Part shown: piece after piece, positions 13,520 through 29,929 of the stretch
Layout of the letters: each line of letters begins with the position of its first letter
Position numbering within the stretch: position 1 is the stretch's first letter
NCBI RefSeq assembly: GCF_009914755.1
Contig: NC_060928.1
Length of the DNA stretch: 64,000 bases
Strand: one strand, 5' to 3'
Origin: the human T2T-CHM13v2.0 reference genome, Homo sapiens
The notes under the pieces: generated by a model
The model's input: only the letters and a program-made list of their open reading frames with translations
What the model was told of the DNA's origin: nothing
Databases searched by the model: none
Made by a program: the position numbers and the translations under genes

Positions 13520-15760
13520 TGATACAGTTTGGCTATGTCTCCACCCAGATCTCAACTTGAATTCCCAAGTGTTGTGGAAGGCACCCAGTGGGAGGTAATT
13601 GAATCATGGGGGCAGGTCTTTCCATTGCTGTTCTCATGATAGTAAGTCTCCTGAGATCTGATGGTTATTGTAAGAGGGAGTTTTCCTGCACAAGCTCTCT
13701 TCTCTTGTGTGCCACCACATGAGGCATGACTTTCACTTTCCACCATGATTGTGAGGCCTCCTCCACCACATGGAAATGTAAGTCCAACATTAGTATGCCT
13801 TTATCAGCAGCATAAAAACAGACTAATACAGTAATTGGTACCAGTAGAGTGGGGCATTCCTAGAAAATACACTCGAAAATGTGGAACTGACTTTGGAACT
13901 GGGTAACAGGCAGGGATTGGGACAGTTTGGAGGGCTCAGAAGAAGACAGAAAAATGTGGGAAAGTTTGGAATTTCCTAGAGACTTGTTGAATAGCTTTGA
14001 CCAAAAGCCTGATAGCGATATGGACAATAAGGTGCAGACTGAGGTGATGTCAGAAGGAGATGAGGTACTTTTTGGGAACTGGATAAAAGGTGACTCTTGT
14101 TATGTTTTAGCAAAGATACTGGCGGCATTTTGCCCCTGCCCTAGAGATCGGTGGAACTGTGAACTCCAGCAAAATGATTTAGGGTATCTGGTGGAAGAAA
14201 TCTCCAAGCAGCAAAGCATTCAAAAGGTGACTTGGGTTCTGGTAAAGGCATTCAGTTTCATAAGGGAAGCAGAGCATAAAAGTTTAGAAAATTTGCAGCC
14301 TGACAATGTGATGGAAAAGAAAAACCCATTTTCTGAGGAGAAATTCAAGCTGGCTGCAGAAATTTGCATAAGTAAGGAGGAGCCCAATGTTAATTCCCAA
14401 GACAATGGGGAAAATGTCTCCAGGGCATTTCAGAGGTCTTCATGGCAGCCCCTCCCATCAAGGGCTAGGAGGCCTAGGAGAAAATGGTTTCCTGGGACGG
14501 GCCCAGGGTCCCCCACTGTGTGTAGTCTAGGGACTTGGTGCCCTGTGTCCCAGCCACTCCAGCCATGACTAAAATGGGGCAAGGTACAGCTCAGGCTGTT
14601 GCTCCAGAGGACGGAAGCCCCAGGCCTTGGCAGCTTCCATGTGGTGTTGAGCCGGCGGGTGCACAGAGGTCAAGAATTGAGGTATGGGAACCTCTGCCTA
14701 GATTTCAGAAGATGTATGGAAATGCCTGGATGCCCAGGCAGAAGTTTGCTGCAGGGTTGAGGCCTTCATGGAGAACCTCTGCTAGGGCAGTGCAGAAGGG
14801 AAATGTGGTGTCGGAGCCCCCCGACCCACACAGAGTCCATATGGGGCACTGCCTAGTGAAGCTGTGAGAAGAGGGCCACTGTCCTCCAGGTCCCAGAAAA
14901 GTAGATTCACCAACAGCTTGCACCATGTGCCTGGAAAAGCTGAAGACACTCAATGCCAGCCCATGAAAGCAACTAGGAGGGGGGCTATACCCAGCAAAGC
15001 CACAGAGGAAGAGCCACCGAAGACTATGGGAAGCTACCTCTTTCATCAGCGTGACCTGGATGTGAGTGAGACATGAAGTCAAAGGAGATCTTTTTGGAGC
15101 TGTAAGATTTGAGTGCCTTGCTGGATTTCAGACTTGCCTGGACCCTGTAACCCCTTTGTTTTGGCCAGTATCTCCCATTTGGAATGGGTGTATTTATCCA
15201 ATGCCTGTACCCCCCACTGTATCTAGGAAATAACTAACCTGCTTTTGATTTTACAGGCTCATAGGTGGAAGGGACTTGCCTTGTCTCAGATGAGACTTTA
15301 GACTGTGGACTTTTGAGTTAATGCTGAAATGAGTTAAGACTTTGAGGGACTGTTGGGAAGGCATGATTGGTTTTGAATTGTGAGGACATGAGATTTGGGA
15401 GAGGCCAGGGGTGGAATGATAAGGTTTGGTTTTGTCCCCAGCCAAATCTCATCTTGAATTCCCAAGTGTTATGGGTGGGACCCAGTGGGAGGTAATTGAA
15501 TCATGGGGGCAGGTCTTTTCCATGCTGTTCTTGTGGTAGTGAGTAAGCCTTATGAGATCTGATGGTCATTACAAGAGGGAGTTTTCCTGCACAAGCTATC
15601 TTCTCTTGTCTGCCACCATATGAGACTTGCCTTTCACCTTCCACCATGATTGTGAGGCATCCCCAGCATGTGGAACTGTAAGTCCAATAAACCTCTTTCT
15701 TTTGTAAATTGCCCAGTCTTGGGTATGTCTTTATCAGCAGTGTGAAAATGAAATAATACA
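13520..15760 (+). mobile_element. Complete THE1 (A/B-type) MaLR element: 5' LTR 13520-13830, internal 13831-15416, 3' LTR 15417-15760
   Basis: TG...CA LTRs; perfect 5-bp TSD TGGAC (13515-19 and 15761-65); remnant THE1-int ORF (13927-14568). Confidence 0.96.
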
Positions 15761-16009
15761 TGGACAAGTATACCCTTTAAAAAGTTTACTTTAAAAAATT
15801 TACTTCTAAAAATAATAACAAATTATAATTGAAAATACTTTACTGTTGTTACTTAATATCTTTAGGCAAGCCCCTTGAGGGCTCTAATAAATGGAAAACC
15901 TAGAAAAGCTATTTTGAAAAGAGTTTTAAACAGTACATCCCCTGAGCTTAAAACAATTTATGGAAAGCAAAGGCATTGAGAAATTTCCAGGGACTTCCCA
16001 TAAAGCCTA

Positions 16010-16383
16010 CTCTCTGAGTTTGCTTTGGGGCTGTGGTAAGAGACTATTGCAGACTGGGTAATTTATTGTGAACAGAAATTTATTGACTGATGGCACTGGA
16101 GGCTGCGAAATCCAAGATTGAGGAGGGCCTGGCATCTGGCAAGGGCCTTCTTGCTGTGTCATCCCACAGGTAAAGGTGAAAGGACAAGAAAGGGTAAGAG
16201 ACAGAGGAAGTGAGAGAGGGAGGGAGGGGGCTGAAATCCCTCTTTTATAATGAGCCCACTCTCATGATAATGTTGTTCATCAATTCATGAGGGTGGAGCA
16301 CTCATGGCCAAGTCACCTCTTAATAGTCCAACCTTTTAATATTGTTACAATGGCAATTAAATTTCAACATTTAAATCATAGCA
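16010..16383 (-). mobile_element. MST(C/D)-type MaLR LTR
   Basis: agactgggtaatttat...agaaatttatt...tccaagat...attcatgagggtggagc...aaatttcaacat. Confidence 0.8.
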
Positions 16384-16399
16384 CAAACACTCTGCAATA

Positions 16400-16464
16400 T
16401 TTATATCAATAACATTTTATCAATAACAATTTATATCAATAACAATTTATATCAATAACATTTT
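16400..16464. repeat. About 16-bp AT-rich minisatellite (TTTATATCAATAACAA) x4
   Basis: Four near-identical tandem units. Confidence 0.88.
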
Positions 16465-16499
16465 ACCTATACAAATTTGGGGGCAGAGTAAGCACATAG

Positions 16500-16826
<327 letters not shown>

Positions 16827-17511
16827 TAAGCACATTTTCTTACTTAACAACTTCTCATGTGCAATCCTTACAAAAGTACTTGAGGATTTTCAGGAGCACT
16901 CTGGGAAAATAAAAAATAGTTTTAAATGCAAAAGATATCTATAGATATAGATATAAACTGATTTAGAAATGGAAAAATCAAAAAATTATGAAAGATTTGA
17001 ACATTTAATTAAGATAAGGTCATGGATGCCAGTTTTATAGTCATGTAACAGTGTAAATGAATCCAAGATCAAAATTTTAAGAACTATGGCTTTAGGATAA
17101 ACCTTTTTTATTTCTTGAATAATAAAGACACACACATACAGTTATATTTCTTTGTTTCTATTGCTCCTAAAATAGTCTCAGTCCTATTAATTATAGCTTG
17201 TAAGCAAAGTAATGAACTTGTATTTCACAAAGAAAACTAGGGAGTGTAATATTGAAAATTGTCCATTATACATAAGCATTTCAGCTGACTAGCAGAACTT
17301 ATGAAAACATATAACACAAATTTATATGACCTTATATATTCTTTTAACATCTTTTTAAAGTGACTAAAATAAACACATTCATTAACATGCCCCAAAGCTA
17401 CAACCCCTCCACAGCATAAAAAGGAAGCAAATGTACATAAATATAAAAGCATGCTTAGTAATCAATGTTTAAGTATTCTACCTTACTTAGAAATTATCTA
17501 GGTGGGGGGCA

Positions 17512-17523
17512 GCCAAGATGGCC
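17512..17523 (+). promoter_or_regulatory. YY1 site of the L1 internal promoter
   Basis: GCCAAGATGGCC intact near +12 of the 5' UTR. Confidence 0.85.
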
Positions 17524-17837
17524 AAATAGGAACAGCTCCGTTCTACAGCTCCCAGCATGAGCAACGCAGAAGACAGATGATTTCTGCATTTCCATCTGAG
17601 GTACTGGGTTCATCTCACTAGGGAGTGCCAGACAATGGGTGCAGGACAGTGGGTGCAGTGCACTGTGCCCGAGCTGAAGCAGGGCGAGGCATTGCCTCAC
17701 TCGGAAAGCACAAGGGGTCAGGGAGTTCCCTTTCCTAGTCAAAGAAAGGGGTGACAGATGGCACCTGGAAAATCGGGTCACTCCCACCCTAATACTGTGC
17801 TTTTGCCGACAGGCTTAAAAAACGGCGCACCAGAAGA

Positions 17838-17954
17838 TTATAACCCGCACGTGGCTCGGAGGGTCCTACGCCCACAGTCTCGCTCATTGCTAGCACAGCA
17901 GTCTGAGATCAAACTGCAAGGTGGCAGCGAGGCTGGGGGAGGGGCGCCCGCCAT
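17838..17954 (-). pseudogene. L1 ORF0, frameshifted (38 aa)
   Basis: MAGAPPPASLPPCSLISDCCASNERD, then an out-of-frame tail. Confidence 0.8.
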
Positions 17955-18537
17955 TGCCCAGGCTTGCTTAGGTAAACAAAGCAGCCGGGAAGCTCGAATT
18001 GGGTGGAGCCCACCACAGCTCAAGGAGGCCTGTCTGCCTTTGTAGGCTCCACCTCTGGGGGCAGGAAACAGACAAACAAAAAGACAGCAGTAACCTCTGC
18101 AGACTTAAATGTCCCTGTCTGACAGCTTTGAAGGGAGCAGTGGTTCTCCCAGCACGCAGCTGCAGATCTGAGAACGGGCAGACTGCCTCCTCAAGTGGGT
18201 CCCTGACCCCTGACCCCCGAGCAGCCTAACTGGGAGGCACCCCACAGTAGGGGCAGACTGACACCTCACACGGCCGGGTACTCCTCTGAGACAAAACTTC
18301 CAGAGGAATGATCAGACAGCAGCATTCGTGGTTCACGAAAATCCGCTGTTCTGCAGCCACCACTGCTGATACCCAGGCAAACAGGGTCTGGAGTGGACCT
18401 CTAGCAAACTCCAACAGACCTGCAGCTGAGGGTCTTGTCTGTTAGAAGGAAAACTAACAAACAGAAAGGACATACACAACAAAAACCCATCTGTACATCA
18501 CCATCGTCAAAGACCAAAAGTAGATAAAACCACAAAG

Positions 18538-19554
18538 ATGGGGAAAAAACGGAGCAGAAAAACTGGAAACTCTAAAAAGCAGAGTGCCTCTCCTCCTCCA
18601 AAGGAATGCAGTTCCTCACCAGCAATGGAACAAAGCTGGATGGAGAATGACTTTGACGAGTTGAGAGGAGAAGGCTTCAGACGATCAAACTACTCCGAGC
18701 TACAGGAGGAAATTCAAACAAAAGGCAAAGAAGTTAAAAACTTTGAAAAAAATTTAGACGAATGAATAACTAGAATAACCAATACAGAGAAGTGCTTAAA
18801 GGAGCTGATGGAGCTGAAAGCCAAGGCTCGAGAACTACATGAAGAATGCAGAAGCCTCAGGAGCCGATGTGATCAACTGGAAGAAAGGGTATCAGTGATG
18901 GAAGATGAAATGAATGAAATGAAGCGAGAAGGGAAGTTTAGAGAAAAAAGAATAAAAAGAAACGAACAAAGCCTCCAAGAAATATGGGACTATGAGAAAA
19001 GACCAAATCTACGTCTGACTGGTGTACCTGAAAGTGACGGGGAGAATGGAACCAAGTTAGAAAACACTTTGCAGGATATTATCCAGGAGAAAGTCCTCAA
19101 TCTAGCAAGGCAGGCCAACATTCAGATTCAGGACATACAGAGAATGCCACAAAGATACTCCTCGAGAAGAGCAACTCCAAGACACATAATTGTCAGATTC
19201 ACCAAAGTTGAAATGAAGGAAAAAATGTTAAGGGTAGCCAGAGAGAAAGGTCGGGTTAACCACAATGGGAAGCCCAGCAGACTAACAGCGGATCTCTTGG
19301 CAGAAACTCTACAAGCCAGAAGAGAGTGGGGGCCAATATTCAACATTCTTAAAGAAAAGAATTTTCAACCCAGAATTTCATATCCAGCCAAACTAAGCTT
19401 CATAAGTGAAGGAGAAATAAAATACTTTACAGACAAGCAAATGCTGAGAGATTTTGTCACCACCAGGCCTGCCCTAAAAGAGCTCCTGAAGGAAGCACTA
19501 AACATGGAAAGGAAAAACCAGTACCGGCCACTGCAAAATCATGCCAAATTGTAA
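18538..19554 (+). pseudogene. L1 ORF1p with premature TGA at 18763-65
   Basis: MGKKRSRKTGNSK...; the same frame continues to ...LQNHAKL. Confidence 0.95.
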
Positions 19555-19617
19555 AGACCATCGAGGCTAGGAAGAAACTGCATAAACTAATGAGCAAAAT
19601 AACCAGCTAACATCATA

Positions 19618-23422
<3,805 letters not shown>

Positions 23423-24004
23423 ACAATGAGAACACATGGACACAGGAAGGGGAACATCACATTCTGGGGACTGTTGTGGGGTGGGGGGAGGGGGGAGGGA
23501 TAGCATTAGGAGATATACCTAAGGCTAAATGACAAGTTAATGGGTGCGGCACACTAGCACAGCACATGTATACATATGTAACTAACCTGCACATTGTGCA
23601 CATGTATCCTAAGACCTAAAGTATAATAATAATGAAATTAAAATTAAAATTAAAAAAGTGTTAATAGTAAAAAAACAAAGAAATTATCTAAATAGCCAGT
23701 GATTATTCATTAATTAAGTTCAATATCAGTCCTAGGCTTTAAGAGGGACATTGTAAAAATTATCTTCAAGCTGACATATCACAAAACGTAATTACTATTG
23801 ACATAAAGTTTGTCAGAATAATGATCCAGTTTATTTAAACACAAATTTATATTTTTCATAATCTTAAATATTATGTAGTATTAATGTTAGCATATTTTAT
23901 TTATATTAGCACTTATTTATCTAAATCAATCAAGACACAGCCCCTTTATATTGAGTCTTTATAATGTAATTTGTCAATGCTCTCATACAATGAGAGGTAA
24001 AGAC

Positions 24005-24091
24005 CTTTTTAAATTTTTTATTTTTAATATTTGTGGGTACATTGTAGGTGTATATATTTATGGGGTACATGAGATATTTTGATACAGGCAC
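24005..24091 (-). mobile_element. Very short L1MA/L1PB 3'-end insertion
   Basis: tttgtgggtacattgtaggtgtatatatttatggggtacatgagatattttgatacaggc; TSD AAAGAC. Confidence 0.8.
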
Positions 24092-24740
24092 AAAGACACT
24101 TAGTGTGCTTATAAATCCAGATCAACACTTTTGCCACAGGTTAATAGTAAACATTGAAACCCAAAAACTCATAGTCCAAATATCAAACAGCTTTCCATTC
24201 CACTGAATACAAGATTCTTAATTGATTTAAGCTCAAAATGGACAAAGAGGCTATACAGATACATACATATGTATATATGTATATGTAAACAAACCAGTCT
24301 CTCTGTTATCTGTCACCCAAAGAGTATGGAAATCTTATCTCTATAACCTGTTAGCCATTTGTATAAATCACCAGATGATCAGATCATGAAACCAAATTCC
24401 CAGTCATTGCTGTCACCAATGTAGAATAAATTAGTGGCTATAAGCAAACCAGAAACAAAAAAAGAAACAAAAATCAGTAGAGGGAAGGAAAATAGAGAAA
24501 TTCAGTCAGCAAACTTAGGTTATGTTGACTCTTAGGTTTCATTTCTGGGAACCAAAAAGACACACCAACCTTAAGTATCCTAATGAGATACACTACTCTG
24601 GCAACATATTTTACCTGGCTCTGTTAAATAAATCCATTGGATATTATAGTAGATTACCTCCAAAATGGTTCATGGGCAATCAGTTTAAAAAGATAAATTC
24701 ATGTAAAAGTATAAAACAAAATGGATTAAAGATTTTAATA

Positions 24741-25033
24741 AGACTGGACATGGTGGCTCACACCTGTAATTCCAACACTTTGGTAGTTCAAGGCAGGAAG
24801 ATTGCTTGAACCCAGGAGTTCAAGACCAGCCTGGACAACATAGTGAGATCCCCATCTCTACAATAAAAAATTTAGCCAGGCATGGTGGTGCGTGCCTGTA
24901 GTCCCAGCTACTTGGGAGACTAAGGTCAGGGGATCGCTTGAGCCCAGGAAGTTGAGGCTACAGTGAGTCATGATCACACCATTGCACTCCAGCCTGGGCA
25001 ACTGAGCTAGACTCTGTCTCAAAAAAAAAAAAA
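24741..25033 (+). mobile_element. AluJ
   Basis: J diagnostics (ggatcgcttgagcccagga, catagtgag). Confidence 0.92.
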
Positions 25034-25110
25034 ACATTTCAATTAACCCATTAATTAATGAGAGATTTATTAAGATGCTACAGCTCATTCAAAGGAGAAT
25101 CCAAGGACTA

Positions 25111-25163
25111 AGCATGCTGAAAAGACATAGTATACTGAAAAAACATAGCATACTGAAAAGCAC
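25111..25163. repeat. 18-bp tandem repeat x3 (AGYATRCTGAAAARACAT)
   Basis: Units at 25111, 25129, 25147. Confidence 0.8.
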
Positions 25164-26755
25164 TTACAAATATATGCAAATTGGCAAAATTGGCCAGTAT
25201 CCACAGGGCAATAATCAATTACAACTGCAATTCTACAGGTAGAAATTTGTTGCTTTTCTATCATTTTTAAATAATGTAGAGAGTTCCAAAATAATTCATA
25301 GACAGTGAAGGTGAGATAATTTTGACTACTAGACATCTGGTCATCTTTTTGGTTCATTTCAAAATCTTTCACAATTTTTTTTCCTACAGAATGAAAGGTA
25401 AAGCCCTTTCTAAGTTACAAATATAAAGAAATGTAGAGTGTTTATAAATTCGGATATGTACTTTGCCACAGATCAAGATGAAACATAGCACAAGATTCAT
25501 GGTCATATGTTTCCCTCCTCTGATATACTAAGATTTCTCTTTTGATCCAACAATTCCCAATGTACAGGGGAGATACTGTGAGGATTTAAAAAGATAATAT
25601 ATGTAAAGTGCTTAGTACCGTTTCTTCCATTTTCCTATTTCTAGTTGCTGTATTAAATGTAGCATTTATCTATAAAATGGAGCAACTTATTTATAGAAAA
25701 TTTGAATGTAAAATTTTAGGAAATGACTCAAGAGAGGAATGTTATTTTTACTTATTTTTATTAGAAAAACCTTCTATTTTCATAAGTGATATTATAAGTT
25801 CGGCATATTTCTGAATATATCATTTACTGTAAGACTACTAATAATTTATATAAGATTCACAAATATTAACTTAATAAACTGCATTTAAATATTTTAAAAT
25901 ATACAAAATTCAAGAATCCTTTGCTGTGACTCATGTTTTTAAACCCAAATTATGATGCATAAGGAATATTCAAAATTAGGCTTTATGTGTTTATTGTACA
26001 ATATTTTCTTAATTAACAATTAGGTCTAAAAATAAGATTTTCAGGGTACAAGATCTTGAATGTACTCAGTATAATAATGATCTCTACTAAAATGTAGCTC
26101 TAATTTACGCAGTTCTTGTGTAATAGGACTTCACAATTTGTTTATTCATTTAAATAGGCAAGGTACCAAAAGAGCCTTTCATTCAGATTAATTAATTACT
26201 GGAGTTAATTGGAACATTCAGGTTCCAATTGCAGGTTACCATAAACCTGAAAATGTTTATCATGACTTTTATTATTCTGAAGTGTAATGGTCACAGAAAT
26301 TAACTATGTTTAATGTAACCTAGGCAAAGTTCTATGTATCATTTCCCTTGTTAAGAAGTACATTTTTTAACTTTAACAATGTATGTGCTATGTGCTCACA
26401 TGTTCTTTATGAATACAGTGTATTTAGGGGTTTGTTTTGTTGTTTTTAGTTTGAGAGGTGGTGGTAGGAAAGGGAAGATGAGAAGAAATGCACATTTATT
26501 TACTCTGAATTTCTAGTTACTAAAACTTTATTTTAAAAAGTTTGACTACTATAAAGAAAGCACAGAACCTCTGTGCATTTTGTAATTTATTTGAAATTGA
26601 TTTCTAGAAATCACAGCCTTCTTGCAGTATAAATGATGTATTTCTACACAAATGGAAATAAACATGAATAAATTTGCATTATTAATCTTTAATAAAGAAC
26701 AATGTTGATAGTTTAAATTACACTTTAAATGTTTAAGGTGAATGTTGAAGGTGTG

Positions 26756-26789
<34 letters not shown>
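26756..26789. repeat. (CT)n(AT)n compound microsatellite
   Basis: Directly visible. Confidence 0.9.
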
Positions 26790-26996
26790 CATTCTAATAA
26801 TGCCAATCAAAAATATATAAAACTTACATAGGAAATAATATCAAGTTACTTCTTGTGACAAACTATTTTTGAAATATCTTTCTATATGTCCATGTATGTT
26901 TCAGTTTTAATGCTTCTCTAAACATTGCTTTATTTTCTTCATTTTTTTACTCTGTCTTGAAAGTACAAATATAAGATCAGATTTATTTAAAGTTAC

Positions 26997-27994
26997 CTTT
27001 TTATCATTTATTTTTAACTGACAAAAATTGTTTATATTTATTATGTACAACATGCTATTTTGAAATATCTATACATTGTAGAATGGCTAAATTGTTCTAA
27101 TTCACATATGCATTACCCCACATATCATTTTTTAAAAATCTACTCTTTTAGCAATTTTCAAGAATACATTATTATTAACTAGAGTGACTGATTATCTCTC
27201 TAATACCCTTTCCCCACCCAGTCCCTGGTAACCAGCATTCTATTCTCTACTTCTATGACTTTAACTTGTTAGATTCCACATATGAGTGAAATCATGTGGC
27301 ATTTGTCGTTCTGTGCTGGGCTTATTTCACTTAACATGATGTCCTCTAGGTTTATCCATGCTATTGTAAATGACAAGACTTCCTTCTTTAAGACTGAATA
27401 GTATTTCACTGTGTATCTGTACACCATGCTTTCTTTATCCATTCAACTGTTAATGGACACTTAGTTGATTCCATATCCTTGCAATGAACATGGGAATGCA
27501 GATATCTCTTCAACAGACTGATTTTGTTTCCTTTGACTATTTACCCAGTAGACGGATTGCAGGATCATATGGTAGTTCTATTTTTAATGTTTTGAGGAAC
27601 TTCCATCCTGGTTCCATAATGGTTGTACTAATTTACATTCTCACCAACAGTGTGCTAGGCTTCTCTTTTCCCCACAACTCACCAACATTTATCTTTCATC
27701 TTTTTGATAATAACCATTCTAATGGATATGAGGTAATATTTTGATTTTAATTTGCACCTCTAATGATTAGTGATATTGAACAATTTTTTCATATACATTT
27801 TGGTTATTTGTATGTCTGCTTTTGAGAAGTATCCATTCAAATCCTTTGCCCATCTTTTAATTGGGTTACTTGTTTTCTTGCTATTGATTTGTATGAGTTT
27901 CTTAGATATTTTGGATATTAACCCCTTGTCAGATGTTTGGTTTGCAAATTCTTTCATTTCATAGGCTGTCTATTATCTCTGTTGATTGTTTTCT
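26997..27994 (-). mobile_element. L1MA4-6 3' part
   Basis: Antisense [19 protein letters not shown]...PIKRWAKDLN and L1MA 3' UTR. Confidence 0.88.
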
Positions 27995-29565
27995 AAACAA
28001 ATTGCTTTTGACATAATTTTTCCAGTTTACAATGTTACAAATGGAAATTAAGCAAATTTAGATGATATTTGAAGTACAAATTGGATTGTGATCAAATTCA
28101 CAATGGGTTGTAACACTAGCAGTGAATCAGAACCATATGACTTCATTTATCTTCCCCTGGATTTTATGTATGGAGCTACTAAAATCTGCCAGAAAATATT
28201 AATTTTTAATTGTTCATGAAGTTAGCATTCTAATGACACTAATCAAAATGATGTTTTAATGGTTAAAAACAGAAATCCTCTTGTACCATGTGAATACTTC
28301 CTTTTCTCATAGAAAAGTCCAGCCACTGGTCCACTCACTTAACATGGGAGGAAACTCAGACATAGATTAATCACTGAAGGCCTCATTCATTTATTCTTTT
28401 GGCAAGGACAGTCATTTTGTTTCTTGAAAAGAAACCAACATTTTGTACTTCGAGGCCCTAATCTGTTTGTATTCTTAATAGCAAGAGAAGTAGGACCTTA
28501 ACCCATGTTTATGCTTAGACTATTCGATGTGTATACCAGTGTTTTAGCCGCCTCTCTCTCAAGCCACAGGGTGTCTAAAATTTAACAATTGAGAGTTCCT
28601 AAAATATCTAGCTTAATTTGAGCATACTTTTAGTAGTTTCATGGCCCTGGAAATTGTCCAACTGACAATGATCTGTAGTTGTTTATTTAACCAATGGACT
28701 AAAAATGATTTTTAATGAGAATTTAGTCAGGAGAAAGAAAATGGATCTTTACCATGAATATATTTTTCAAGCAACAGTGGCATAATTTTTTAATGAAGAT
28801 ATCACACTGGTTGTCTTCTTTCTTCTTTAGAAAAGTAATGATTTCAGTGTTTCCTTAATTTCCATATTAATTTCATTACCTTACACATCAATTCTGTGTC
28901 AGACACTGAGCTGGGCCCTAGTAAATGGTTCATTATGAGATCATTTCCTATGGGGTACTTACCATCTGTTCAGGTGGAAGTCACACAAGAAGCAAGTAAT
29001 CAAATAAATGAATGTGTAATTGCAATAATGAGAAATGTGGAGAAATATGTGTCAGTTTCAAACACCAAGATCCGTGTAAGTTGATGAATTTCTTCATTGA
29101 AGGAACTCATTTTGAAAGATCATAATTATCACCCAGTATTAAATACCAATTAGGTATAGAGTCAATGTGATGGAGAGATAATCTTTGTGTTCCTTTACCT
29201 TTCCTGTTGTAACTCAAACTGGGGACAGGAAGGTGGCTATGCCCAGTTCAAAGCAACATTTAAAATAAGAGTGTAAGTGGAGATATTTTGGGATATTTTG
29301 GGATATTTTTCTTTTTTTAAATATCAGAAAGGTAATGTGCTGACCTCATAACAAAGTTTGAGAGAGGCATGTCTTACACATGTGTGTGAAAATTAAATCA
29401 TCATGCTCATGTACTACAAAAGGATCTTCATTTGAGAATTTATCTGTTTGTCTAAGGATATCAAACTGGAAAGTAACAGAGAGGTTAAAAATATAACAAC
29501 ATGTTGCCCTATTTGCTTCAGCTTCCTTTAAAGAAAGAACAATGGAAAGATAGACAAAAGATGGA

Positions 29566-29635
29566 ATGTAACAAACCTGCACATTCTGCACATGTATCCC
29601 AGAACTTAAAGTAAAATAAAATAAAATAAATAACA
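29566..29635 (+). mobile_element. L1PA7/8-type extreme 3' fragment
   Basis: tgtaacaaacctgcacattctgcacatgtatcccagaacttaaagtaaaataaa. Confidence 0.85.
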
Positions 29636-29644
29636 CAATTGACA

Positions 29645-29906
29645 AGAAAAAAAAAAAAGAAGGGAAGGGGAGGAAAAAGAAAAGAGGGATGGGAAGAGGA
29701 GGGGTGGGGTAGGAGGAAGGGGAGGATTTAAGGTGGGAGGGAGGGGAACAGTGAGAAGAAGGTGCGGGGTAGAGATAGAAGATGCGAAGTAGAGATGGGA
29801 GGTGCAGGGTAGAGATAGGAGGAAGGGAGAGGAGAAGGGAGGGAGGAAAAGAGGAAGGAAAGGAGGGAGAGAAAAAGGAAGAAAGGAACCAAGGATGGGA
29901 GGAGGA
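29645..29906. repeat. GA-rich polypurine tract of about 260 bp
   Basis: Almost exclusively A/G with multiple G3-G5 runs. Confidence 0.9.
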
Positions 29907-29929
29907 ATTATAGATTAATCCAATACCAC

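Noticed and set aside
13927-14867. 213-aa and 110-aa ORFs as a novel gene
   Set aside because: They are fragments of the THE1 internal ORF broken by frameshifts.
16400-16464. Short direct repeats here and at 25111 and 29280 as CRISPR-like arrays
   Set aside because: Tandem units with no unique spacers, in eukaryotic context.
16935-16948. Palindrome ATATCTATAGATAT
   Set aside because: Low-complexity AT sequence; chance symmetry is likely.
16830-17490. Possible old ERV-internal or L1 sequence flanking the full-length L1 (also 23690-24740)
   Set aside because: Looks repeat-like but I could not assign family or boundaries.
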